In this document: piece by piece, positions 39,175-48,221 of the stretch
How the letters are laid out: every line of letters begins with the position of its first letter
Numbering within the stretch: the stretch's first letter is position 1
DNA from: Bordetella sp.
GTDB taxonomy: Bacteria > Pseudomonadota > Gammaproteobacteria > Burkholderiales > Burkholderiaceae_B
Length of the DNA: 64,000 nt
Direction: 5' to 3'
NCBI GenBank assembly: GCA_035493915.1
Contig: DATJHN010000201.1
Coordinates: forward strand, 325 to 64,324
Notes under the pieces: model-generated
What the model was told of the DNA's origin: nothing
The model's input: the letters and a program-made list of their open reading frames with translations, nothing else
Database searches by the model: none
Translations under genes and position numbers: made by a program

Positions 39175-40337
39175 GATGGGTTCTTCTCCTTGATCGTTTT
39201 GCAGCCTTGAGCCAGCTCGGCGCGGATTTGCATATTGTGTTCGCCCAGCAAGGGCGGCGGCGCCACCGTCGTGGGACGCTGGCCGTCGAAGCTGACGGGC
39301 GACCGCACCGTGCGCCAGGGCCCCAGCGCCGGATGCGTGGTCTCCACTTCCAGCTGAAGATGCAGCGCCTGCGGATCCTGCAGGGCTTCGGCCGTGTCGT
39401 ACATCGGCGCATGCGGGACGTCCTGGTCGGCCAGCCGCCGGCACCATTCGTCACGCGTGCGTTGCGCGAATACGGTCCCCAGAATGTCGATGAGCGCTTC
39501 CTGATTGGCGATACGGCCCTCGCGCGTCGCGAAGCGGTCATCCGCCAGGATGTCGGGGCGCTCCATCGCATCGGCCAGTCCGCGCCAGAATTTCTCGGGC
39601 GAAGACATATGCAGCGCGATCTTCCTGCCGTCGGAGCAGGCCAGCGCATAGGACTGGGATACCCTGGGCCGGCTATACGGGTCCATGACCTCGCCCTCGG
39701 CGAAGAAATGGGTAAAGGCGTCCAGGTTGAAGTGGCACATGGCTTCCAGCATCGACACATCCACGCTGCGGCCGACGCCGGTACGCGCGCGTTCGACCAG
39801 CGCGCCGAGCACGCCATAGGCGGCGTAGAAGCCTGTCAGCGCGTCGGCGATGGCAGGGCCGACGACGCGGGGATTGGCGGGATTGACCAACAGGTTCAGG
39901 AAACCGCTGGCGGCCTGCGCCACCGTGTCGTAGGCGGGGCGGCCTGCGGCGGGCCCGGTCTGGCCAAAGCCACTGATGGCGCAGTACACCAGGCGCGGAT
40001 TCAGGGCCCGCAGGCGTTCCTGTCCGGCGCCCATGCGTTCGGCCGCGCCTGGCCGGAAGTTCTGGATGTAGACGTCGGCGCCGCGTATCAGGTCGTCGAA
40101 CACCGCGGCATCGTCCGGGTCCTTGACGTTCAGTTCGATGCTGCGCTTGTTGCGGTTGTAGGTCTGGTAGTGCGGGCTGTACAGGCCTCCCTTGAAGGCG
40201 CGGAACGGATCGCCGGTGGCCGGCTGTTCGACCTTGATGACGTTCGCGCCAAGGTCGCCGAGCAACATGCCCGCCGCCGGCCCGGTGATGAAGGTGCCTT
40301 GTTCGATGACGGTAATGCCGTCCAATACCCCAGCCAT
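39171..40337 (-). CDS. Class III CoA-transferase (CaiB/BaiF)
   Basis: ITGP..LGDLGANVIKVE, NRNKRS, NFRPG, SGFGQTGP, YDTVAQA. Confidence 0.93.
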   Translation of the reverse strand: MAGVLDGITVIEQGTFITGPAAGMLLGDLGANVIKVEQPATGDPFRAFKGGLYSPHYQTYNRNKRSIELNVKDPDDAAVFDDLIRGADVYIQNFRPGAAERMGAGQERLRALNPRLVYCAISGFGQTGPAAGRPAYDTVAQAASGFLNLLVNPANPRVVGPAIADALTGFYAAYGVLGALVERARTGVGRSVDVSMLEAMCHFNLDAFTHFFAEGEVMDPYSRPRVSQSYALACSDGRKIALHMSSPEKFWRGLADAMERPDILADDRFATREGRIANQEALIDILGTVFAQRTRDEWCRRLADQDVPHAPMYDTAEALQDPQALHLQLEVETTHPALGPWRTVRSPVSFDGQRPTTVAPPPLLGEHNMQIRAELAQGCKTIKEKNPS

Positions 40338-40453
40338 AGACGCTTCCTTGTCGCTGTTCCCTGACAGGTGGGCAGACTATCCGCGCCGGATAAAAGATGG
40401 AAATGATTAATTTGACGATTTATCATTGATGACATCGATCATTGACGGAGACC

Positions 40454-41434
40454 ATGGTGGAATTGCGGCATCTCCGCTACTTCATCGCCCTGGCGGGCTC
40501 ATTGAATTTCACGCGGGCGGCCGAGCGCGTACACGTGACGCAATCGACCTTGTCGCACCAGATACGGCAACTGGAAGACGAAGTCGGGCAGCGCCTGTTC
40601 GAGCGCATCGGCAAACGCGTGGTCATGACGCCCGCGGGCGAATCTTTTCTTGCCTACGCCGCGCGCGCGCTGAAAGAAGTGGACATGGGCCTGGGCGAAC
40701 TCAAACGCGATACCGCGTCCATGATCGGCGAAGTCCACATCGGTACGACCCACACATTCAATCTGGAATTCATTCCGGATTGCGTGGCGCGGTTTCTCCA
40801 GGGCAGTCCATCGGTCAAGATCGTCGTCGAGGAACTACCGGCCGATGCCATCGCATCGCAGCTGGATGCCGGAAAACTGGACTTCGGTGTGGCCTACCGC
40901 CCGGAATCGTTCAGTGCGCTGCAATTCGAACCCTGGTTCAACGAAGAGCTCGTGTTGCTGGTCGGCCACCAGCATCCACTGGCCGCGCGCCGGCGGATAC
41001 GCATGATAGAACTCCATCGCGAACCGCTGGTGCTGTTGCCGCCCAGCTTTTCAACCCGCCGCCTGCTGAACGAATGCTTTGCCGCGGCAGGCGCCGAACC
41101 CGCCGTCATCGCGGAAATGAATTCGGTCGCCGCGATGCTGGGCCTGGTCGGGCGCATGCAGGTAGGAACCATCGCGGTTGCCGCCTCCACGACCCTGCAC
41201 CCCGCGCTGCGCGTCATCCCGCTGGAAAACCCCACGCCCACGCGAACGCCGGGATTGCTGTTCAACAGCGCACTGCCGCAATCGCGGGCGAGCCGCGCCT
41301 TCGCGGCACTGCTGCGCCGAAGGGCGATGGCCCGCGGCGCAGGGGTGGCACGGCGCGAAACCGCCCGCGAGGACCCTGAAGAAGAATCCGCCGCGGACGC
41401 GCCGCGCCGGTCCGCTCGCCGCCGCGCGTCCTGA
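40454..41434 (+). CDS. LysR-family regulator (CynR-like)
   Basis: ELRHLRYF...NFTRAAERVHVTQSTLSHQIRQLE; divergent from the CoA-transferase. Confidence 0.93.
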   Translation: MVELRHLRYFIALAGSLNFTRAAERVHVTQSTLSHQIRQLEDEVGQRLFERIGKRVVMTPAGESFLAYAARALKEVDMGLGELKRDTASMIGEVHIGTTHTFNLEFIPDCVARFLQGSPSVKIVVEELPADAIASQLDAGKLDFGVAYRPESFSALQFEPWFNEELVLLVGHQHPLAARRRIRMIELHREPLVLLPPSFSTRRLLNECFAAAGAEPAVIAEMNSVAAMLGLVGRMQVGTIAVAASTTLHPALRVIPLENPTPTRTPGLLFNSALPQSRASRAFAALLRRRAMARGAGVARRETAREDPEEESAADAPRRSARRRAS

Positions 41435-41446
41435 CTTTCCGGCGAA

Positions 41447-42556
41447 TTACAGATGTACGCCAAGCAGGCGCTGGGCGTTGCCGCCCAGGATGGCGACGCG
41501 CTGCTGGTCGGTCAGTGTCCTGGTGGCGAATACCTGGTCCACGGGGTGTTCTTCCCAGGGAATCGGGTGGTCGGTTCCCAGCACAACCTGGCTTGCGCCC
41601 ACCTGGGCGACCAGATGCCGCAGCGCCTCGGGCGTGAACACCAGGTTATCGAAGTACAGCTGGTTCAGATATTCCGACGGCTGCTTCTTCAGGACGATAT
41701 TCGGATCACAGTTCTGCGGCGACACGAAGCAGGAATGATCCATGCGCGGCGCGTACGACCCCAGGTAACCGCCGCCGTGCGCGGCCAGGATTTTCAGCTT
41801 GGGGAACTTGTCCAGCACGCCCTCGTAAATCAGGTGTTGCAGGGCGATCGTGGTGTCCAGCGGATTGCCGATCACGTTGGACATCCAGCCATTGCCCTTC
41901 AGGCGCTTGGCCAGTTCCGGCGTGCTTTGCGGGTGGATGAACAGCACTGCGCCCAGTTCCTCGGCCTTGGCCCATACCGGATGGAATTTCGGATCGGCAA
42001 ACTCCTGTCCGGCCACGCTGCCGCCGATGGCCGCGCCGCGCAGTCCCTGTGTCTTGACGGCGTATTCCAGTTCCTGCACGGCCAGGTCCGGGTGCTGCAG
42101 CGACAGCGAGGCAAACGCGGCAAAGCGCTTGGGATAGGCCGCGCACAGTTCGGCGAAGCCCGCATTGTTGATCTTGACGATGGCGGCCGAGGTATCGCGG
42201 TCCTTGCCGTACCAGAAGGGATTGATGGACAGCACTTCCATGTCGATGCCCATCGCATCCATGGCTGCCATGCGCTTCTTTATCGCATCCTTGTTGCTGG
42301 CCGGGATGAAGTGCTCCGGCACGCCCTTGACCGGCGGCAACACTTTGCCGGCGTCGGCGCCCATCAGGTCGATGGCTTCCTGGAAGTAGCAATGCGAATG
42401 CGTGTCGATGGTCCTGACGCGCTTGCCGTTGATGGTTATCGGAAGATGCCTGGGGGCTTGCGCTGTCTGTGCACGCGCGGCGTCCAGCAGGCCGCATGAG
42501 CAAAAGCCGATGCCCAATCCGGTGGCGGTCTTCAGAAAAGCTCTACGGGATTTCAT
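41447..42556 (-). CDS. Amidohydrolase_2-family protein with Tat-like signal
   Basis: SRRAFLK leader, IDTHSH, FIHP, HGGG, GTDHP. Confidence 0.88.
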   Translation of the reverse strand: MKSRRAFLKTATGLGIGFCSCGLLDAARAQTAQAPRHLPITINGKRVRTIDTHSHCYFQEAIDLMGADAGKVLPPVKGVPEHFIPASNKDAIKKRMAAMDAMGIDMEVLSINPFWYGKDRDTSAAIVKINNAGFAELCAAYPKRFAAFASLSLQHPDLAVQELEYAVKTQGLRGAAIGGSVAGQEFADPKFHPVWAKAEELGAVLFIHPQSTPELAKRLKGNGWMSNVIGNPLDTTIALQHLIYEGVLDKFPKLKILAAHGGGYLGSYAPRMDHSCFVSPQNCDPNIVLKKQPSEYLNQLYFDNLVFTPEALRHLVAQVGASQVVLGTDHPIPWEEHPVDQVFATRTLTDQQRVAILGGNAQRLLGVHL

Positions 42557-42800
42557 TCGTGTCTCCGTTGGTTTTGTCGTTATGCGGTACGGCTGGCGAA
42601 ACGAATGCGCCGAGCGTCCGCGATCTCAGGCAAACAACCACCCAGGACCTGTCCGTACATCGAGCAGGCCTATTGATCGATCGCTAACCAGCGGAGAGGA
42701 TACAGACAAAACAGCACGCCCCAAGGCGAGCCGTTTTCTTATGAGACTACCTGGTGCCATGAAAACAACAGCGGGCAAGACGCCGGCGCGGGCAGGCCGA

Positions 42801-44003
42801 TCAGATCCGTTCGTTCAGGGCTTCGTCGGCCGCCGATGACGGCGCGCCGGTGCGGTTCAGCGGCAAGGCCGCGATCACTTCGCGGCGGATCAGCCGCACG
42901 GATTGCTCCGGTGGCAGCAGCCGATAGGCATCCTGTCCCATCATGCGAACCGCCGCGTGCACGGGCCAGTTGGGATTCCAGATCAGTTCGCGCGCCAGCG
43001 CCACCAGGTCCGCCTGGCCGGCCTGCAGTATGGCTTCGGCCTGTTCGGCTTCGGTGATCAGGCCCACGGCCATGGTGGGACAGCCGGTCTCGCGGCGCAC
43101 GGTCTCGGCGAACGGAACCTGGTACCCCGGAACCCGCCGCACAACCGGCATGGAGGAAGTGCCGGAAATCCCGCCCGATGAACAATCGATCAGGTCTACG
43201 CCGCGGTCCTTCAGGGCGGCGGCAAGCGCCACGGTATCGTCCAGGTCCCATAACCCGCCGCGTCCGTCGACCGCCGAAACGCGAAAGAACAAGGGCAACT
43301 CGCGCGGCCAGGCGGCGCGCACGGTTTCCGCGACTTCAAGCGCGAAACGCATGCGGTTTTCGCGCGATCCGCCGTAGCCGTCCTGCCTGCGGTTGGTCAC
43401 CGGCGACAGGAACTGATGAATGAGGTAGCCGTGCGCGCCGTGGATTTCCAGGATCTGGAAACCCGCATCCGCTGCCCGGACGGCGGCTTCCTTCCAGCGC
43501 TGCATGTGCTGCCGGATATCCGACGCATCCATTTCGCGGGTCTGGGGCCACGGGGCAGGGGGCTGACGCGGACTGGGGACCAGACAGGTCCAATGCGGCA
43601 TGCCGGCCGCGGCGCTTTCGTGGGTCAGGGGTGCCCAGTCCTGCAGCGCGCCATGGCACGAACCCTTGCCGCCCGAGTGCCCGAGCTGCACCGCCGGCAC
43701 GGCACCCTGTTCCAAAATGAATTCGTTGATGCGGCGATAGGCCGCGACGTGGCTGTCGTTCCACAGGCCGGCGCAGGTGTAGGTCTTGCGGCCGTGGGGT
43801 TCGATCGCCGTTTCCTCGCCGAAGACGAGCGCCGCGCCGCCGACGGCGAATTTGCCGAAGTTGATCTCCTGCCAGGCGCCGGGGCCGCCATCGACCGAAT
43901 GGTATTGGCACATGGGCGAGGCCACGATGCGATTGCGCAGCGTGACCGACCTGAAGGTAATCGGCGTGAAAAGCAACGGCGTGGCGGCGGGCGTTTCTTT
44001 CAT
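42801..44003 (-). CDS. NADH:flavin oxidoreductase / Old Yellow Enzyme (YqjM-like)
   Basis: LRNRIVASPMCQY, QLGHSG, HGAHGYLIHQFLSP, RQDGYGGS. Confidence 0.92.
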   Translation of the reverse strand: MKETPAATPLLFTPITFRSVTLRNRIVASPMCQYHSVDGGPGAWQEINFGKFAVGGAALVFGEETAIEPHGRKTYTCAGLWNDSHVAAYRRINEFILEQGAVPAVQLGHSGGKGSCHGALQDWAPLTHESAAAGMPHWTCLVPSPRQPPAPWPQTREMDASDIRQHMQRWKEAAVRAADAGFQILEIHGAHGYLIHQFLSPVTNRRQDGYGGSRENRMRFALEVAETVRAAWPRELPLFFRVSAVDGRGGLWDLDDTVALAAALKDRGVDLIDCSSGGISGTSSMPVVRRVPGYQVPFAETVRRETGCPTMAVGLITEAEQAEAILQAGQADLVALARELIWNPNWPVHAAVRMMGQDAYRLLPPEQSVRLIRREVIAALPLNRTGAPSSAADEALNERI

Positions 44004-44069
44004 TAGGTTCCGTGGCTGAAAGTCCAGCGCGGCTATGCGTTCCAGGCGCACGGCCGCGCAAGCAGCATT

Positions 44070-45545
44070 CTACTTCCCGGAAAAAATCGTGGGCATTTTC
44101 AGATCGCTGGAGATCCAGACGCTTTTAGCCTCCAGGAATTCCTTGACCGATTCGATGCCGCCTTCGCGGCCGATACCGCTGTGCTTTACCCCGCCGAACG
44201 GCGTGGTGTAGCTGCTGGAACGGTAATTGTTGATCCACACCGTTCCGGCTTTCAACCGTTCGGACATCAGCATCGCGCGGTGCAGGCTGGTGGTCCAGAC
44301 GCCCGCGGCCAGGCCGAAGCGGATGTCGTTGCCGATGCGGATGGCGTCTTCCTCGTCCTTGAATTTCAGCACGGACAGGACCGGGCCGAATACTTCTTCC
44401 TGGGCGATGCGCATATCGTTGGTGACGTCCGCGAAGATGGTCGGCTCGATGAACTGGCCGGCGCCGTACCCCGGTCCGCTCAGGGTTCTGCCGCCGGCCA
44501 CGCAGCGCGCGCCTTCCTTCTTGGCGATCTCGATGTAATCGCGGATCTTGTCGAATTGTGGCTTGGTGGTGATGGGGCCGATCTCGGTCGCCGGGTCGGC
44601 CGGATCGCCGACCTTCGCGGTTTTGGTGATCCGGGCCAGCCTTTCGACGAAGGCATCGTGGATGGATTCCTGCAGCAGCACGCGCGATCCCGCCACGCAG
44701 GTCTGGCCTGTGGCCGAGAAAATCCCGGCGATGACGCCATTGACGGCCTGGTCCAGGTCGGCATCGTCGAACACGATATTGGGCGATTTGCCGCCCAGTT
44801 CCAGCGATACGCGCTTCAGGTTCTGCGCGGCGGCCGCGTAGATCTTGCGGCCGGCTTCATCGCCGCCGGTGAATGCGATCCGCTGCACGTCCGGATGGCG
44901 GACCAGGGGATCGCCGACCTCGCCGCCGAAACCGGTAATGATGTTGAACACGCCCGGCGGAAAGCCGGCCTCGACGAATAGTTTGGCCAGCTCGAACAGC
45001 GATGCCGACGTGTACTCGGATGGCTTGCAGACGACGGTGTTGCCGGCACACAGCGCGGGCGCCATTTTCCAGGTGGTCAGCGGCAGCGATGAATTCCAGG
45101 GAGTGATGCACGCCACCACGCCCATGGGTTCGTAGCGAATGAAGTTGTAGACCTTGGGCCTGTCGATGGGGACGACCGCGCCCTGGATCTTATCCGCCAG
45201 GCCGCCGTAGTAGAAGTAATACTTGGCCATGTACTTGATCTGGCCCAGCACGTCGCGCGCCAGCTTGCCGTTGTCGCGGGCCTCGACCTCCGCCAGGTGC
45301 GCCGCGTCGCGTTCGATCAGGGCGCCCAGTTTGTGCAGCAGCATGCCGCGTTCGCTGGCCGATATGCGCGACCACGGGCCTTCGAATGCGTTCGCCGCCG
45401 CGCTCACCGCCAGGTCGACGTCCGCCGCGTTGGCGCGCGGAATCTCCGCCCAGGCCGCACCGGAAAACGGGTCGTGCGTTTCGAACCAGGCGTTGGATTG
45501 CGGGTCCACCCATTCGTTATTGATGAATAGCCGATAGCGTTCCAT
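44070..45545 (-). CDS. Aldehyde dehydrogenase
   Basis: ITPWN, KPSE, FTGG, LELGGKSP, GQTCVAG, EEVFGPV. Confidence 0.95.
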   Translation of the reverse strand: MERYRLFINNEWVDPQSNAWFETHDPFSGAAWAEIPRANAADVDLAVSAAANAFEGPWSRISASERGMLLHKLGALIERDAAHLAEVEARDNGKLARDVLGQIKYMAKYYFYYGGLADKIQGAVVPIDRPKVYNFIRYEPMGVVACITPWNSSLPLTTWKMAPALCAGNTVVCKPSEYTSASLFELAKLFVEAGFPPGVFNIITGFGGEVGDPLVRHPDVQRIAFTGGDEAGRKIYAAAAQNLKRVSLELGGKSPNIVFDDADLDQAVNGVIAGIFSATGQTCVAGSRVLLQESIHDAFVERLARITKTAKVGDPADPATEIGPITTKPQFDKIRDYIEIAKKEGARCVAGGRTLSGPGYGAGQFIEPTIFADVTNDMRIAQEEVFGPVLSVLKFKDEEDAIRIGNDIRFGLAAGVWTTSLHRAMLMSERLKAGTVWINNYRSSSYTTPFGGVKHSGIGREGGIESVKEFLEAKSVWISSDLKMPTIFSGK

Positions 45546-45624
45546 TTGTTCCTCGTCTCCGGTGTACAGCCCCTTATTCTCTGGGTAGGCACGGATTAGC
45601 TCAAACGACTTCTCGTGCTAGTCT

Positions 45625-45646
45625 GCATGACTCTGACTCATACAAG
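45625..45646. promoter_or_regulatory. LysR T-N11-A box between ALDH and the GcvA-like regulator
   Basis: ATGA-CTCTGAC-TCAT dyad; 18/22 identical to 48124-48145. Confidence 0.7.
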
Positions 45647-45656
45647 ACCGGACATC

Positions 45657-46592
45657 ATGGAACATCCATCCATGTCGCGCCTGCCTCCGCTGACGGCGCT
45701 GCGGGCATTCGAATCGGCGGCACGCAACGGCAGTTTCACCAAGGCCGCGCAGGAGCTTTTCCTGACCCAGTCCGCCATCAGCCGGCACGTGCGCAATCTG
45801 GAAGAACTGTTCGGCATCCCGCTGTTCTACCGCAACCATCGCGCCGTGACGCTGACCCCCGACGGCGAGACCTATATGCGCGATGTCGTCGATGCCTTCG
45901 CGCGCATTGACCTGGCCACGCGCCGGCTCAGGTATTCCGGGCGCCAGAATGTACTGAACCTGCAGGCGTTTTCGACCTTTGCCATGTACTGGCTGATTCC
46001 CCGGCTGGGCCGCTTCCAGGAAATCAATCCGGAAGTCGAAGTCCGCCTGACGGCCTCGGTCGCGCCGCTGGATTTCGAGCACAGCGACATCCACGCGTCG
46101 ATACGCGCGATCACCGGCCGCCTGGATGAAGGGATCCGCGGCGACAAGCTTTTCGACTACCGGCTGATCGCGGTCGGCGCGCCGTCGATGGCGTCCGGCG
46201 TATGGCCCCTGCGGGCGCCGTCCGATCTGAAGAACGCCACGCTGCTGCATTCGCTGGCCCGCCCGGAAGACTGGGGCGTATGGCTGCGCGCCGTCGATGC
46301 GGATGACGTGCCCCTGGAAGGGGGCATGAAGTTCGAATCGTCCGCCATGGCGTACCGTGCCGCGGAACAGGGCCTGGGAGTGGCCCTGGCGCAAAGCTTC
46401 CTTATCCAGGAAGAGCTTGCCAACGGAACCTTGCGGCGGATATTCCCCCATGAAGTGCCGTCCGAGCGCACCTACTATCTGCTGAGCTCGCCCCGGCATT
46501 GCGGGGATCCGGCGCTGGAGCTTTTCCGCAAGTGGCTGCTGGATGAAATCGCCGCCGCGGCGAAGACAGCGCCGGAGCCCGCGGCGGCTTGA
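45657..46592 (+). CDS. LysR-family regulator, GcvA-like
   Basis: LPPLTALRAFESAARNGSFTKAAQELFLTQSAISRHV, WLIPRL. Confidence 0.93.
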   Translation: MEHPSMSRLPPLTALRAFESAARNGSFTKAAQELFLTQSAISRHVRNLEELFGIPLFYRNHRAVTLTPDGETYMRDVVDAFARIDLATRRLRYSGRQNVLNLQAFSTFAMYWLIPRLGRFQEINPEVEVRLTASVAPLDFEHSDIHASIRAITGRLDEGIRGDKLFDYRLIAVGAPSMASGVWPLRAPSDLKNATLLHSLARPEDWGVWLRAVDADDVPLEGGMKFESSAMAYRAAEQGLGVALAQSFLIQEELANGTLRRIFPHEVPSERTYYLLSSPRHCGDPALELFRKWLLDEIAAAAKTAPEPAAA

Positions 46593-46620
46593 CCCAGGGC
46601 CGGCATCAATCGGGTGCGTC

Positions 46621-46674
46621 CGGCCTGATCGGCCTGACTGGCGCGATCGATTCGATCGATTCGATAGGCGACAT
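46621..46674. repeat. Imperfect 9-bp tandem repeat (about 6 units) in a convergent intergenic gap
   Basis: cggcctgat cggcctgac tggcgcgat cgattcgat cgattcgat aggcgacat. Confidence 0.45.
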
Positions 46675-46709
46675 CGCCCCGCCCCTGGGGTTCGGCCCGG
46701 CCGTCGCGA

Positions 46710-48035
46710 TCAGGACGCGATCGCGGACAACCGATCCTTCACATAATCGAATCCGCGCCGGTACGACCCTTCGTAAAGCGCGGCCAGGCCGCCTTCGGGA
46801 TCGGCTGGTCCCATCAGCCTGCGCGCATGCTCGATGCCCCAGCCGCGCAGATCCTGCATGGACCGCCGCGCTTCATGCACGACCGATCCGCCGCGCCAGA
46901 CGCGCGCGCCGATCACGGCATTCTTCAGTCCCGTGGGCGCGTCGCGGTCCATCTCCAGATGGATCTCAGGTAGCAGGCGCGCCACCTCGGGCCGCGGAAC
47001 CCAGGGACCAGGCGGCCCGGAAAACGCGGCATAGGAAATGTCGCCCGCGCCGGCGATGGCCGCCACGGCCTGGGCGCTGTTGCGCGCCTGCCGCAAGTCC
47101 TTGGGCGCGGCGCAGTCCAGGTGCGGAACCCAGGGCATCGTGATGTCGATGCGGTCGACCGGACCTTCGCCGGCTTCCTCCACGATGGCCACCAGCAAGT
47201 TCAGGTAGATGTTGCAGGGATAGCGCTTGAAGACCAGGGCCTCGGCCGCTTTCGGACCGGCGACGGCCAGGCGGTCGGCGGCCACGCGGTCTTCGCCGAA
47301 CAGCGTGGCCAGGCCACGCTGGAAATCGCGCGATGCTTCCCAGCCTTGGGACGCCAGCAACGCCGCTTCCAGTCCGTGCAGCGTGCCCCAGCCGAAGTGG
47401 GTCATGCCTATCATCGATGCGGCGCTGTTGACCGCCAGTCCCGATGCGCGCGTCAACGCGATGGCCAACGCATTCGTGCATGCCTCCGGCGGCAGTCCCA
47501 GCACACGCGCGGCGCCGGCGGCCGCGGCAAGCGTGCCGAAAACACCGGGGCTGTGGAAGCCGACGCCGGGCCGGGTGCCCGTGATGGCGCCGCGGAACCG
47601 CCACGCCGCTTCGACGCCGGCCAGCACGGCGGATCCGATCAGGTGGTCGCCATCCGCCGCCGTGCCGCGCGCATCCAGCAGCGTGTGAGCCACGCAGCAC
47701 GCCAGCGTGGCGGGCAGCACGGTATGCGAAGGGCCGGGATCCATTGGGTCCAGGTCCGATGCGCCCGCCAACGTGCCCAGATGTCCGACGCGGCCCAAGG
47801 GTTCGAGCAGGCCGCCCAGCATGTTCGCGGCATTGGCGATCGCGCCGGCCTTTGCATTCGCCGGGCTCGTACCTGAGCGAAACGGCCACACCCACTGTTC
47901 CCGTTCGATACCGAACAGCGTGCAGAGCAGCGAGGCCCTTATGCCTTGATCGATCGCGGTTCTTGCCGGACCGTGTTCGCCATTGATGTCGGCCTGGGCG
48001 ACCATCGAACCAAGCTCGCGGAACTCGTGCGGCAT
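46710..48035 (-). CDS. MmgE/PrpD-family protein (divergent)
   Basis: DLDP..PSHTVLPA, AGVEAAWR, GFHSPGVFG, FKRYPC; GGAG RBS. Confidence 0.75.
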   Translation of the reverse strand: MPHEFRELGSMVAQADINGEHGPARTAIDQGIRASLLCTLFGIEREQWVWPFRSGTSPANAKAGAIANAANMLGGLLEPLGRVGHLGTLAGASDLDPMDPGPSHTVLPATLACCVAHTLLDARGTAADGDHLIGSAVLAGVEAAWRFRGAITGTRPGVGFHSPGVFGTLAAAAGAARVLGLPPEACTNALAIALTRASGLAVNSAASMIGMTHFGWGTLHGLEAALLASQGWEASRDFQRGLATLFGEDRVAADRLAVAGPKAAEALVFKRYPCNIYLNLLVAIVEEAGEGPVDRIDITMPWVPHLDCAAPKDLRQARNSAQAVAAIAGAGDISYAAFSGPPGPWVPRPEVARLLPEIHLEMDRDAPTGLKNAVIGARVWRGGSVVHEARRSMQDLRGWGIEHARRLMGPADPEGGLAALYEGSYRRGFDYVKDRLSAIAS

Positions 48036-48123
48036 TGCTGTCTCCTTTGTTATCCGATGCGACGCAAGCGAAGACTATACACACGCACCACGCGAAGTCC
48101 TGCACGATATCTACGCATGCTTG

Positions 48124-48145
48124 GCATAACTCCAACTCATGCAAG
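48124..48145. promoter_or_regulatory. Second copy of the GcvA-like LysR box, in the divergent MmgE/TcuA-like promoter
   Basis: GCATAACTCCAACTCATGCAAG versus GCATGACTCTGACTCATACAAG. Confidence 0.65.
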
Positions 48146-48221
48146 CCGGTAAAAATATCGATTGAGGCACCCATCGAATTCCCCAACACTAGCCGCGTGT
48201 TTTTTCGCAAGGGGAATGCTT

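Noticed and set aside
46621-46674. Possible CRISPR array
   Set aside because: 9-bp degenerate units with no spacers and no cas genes
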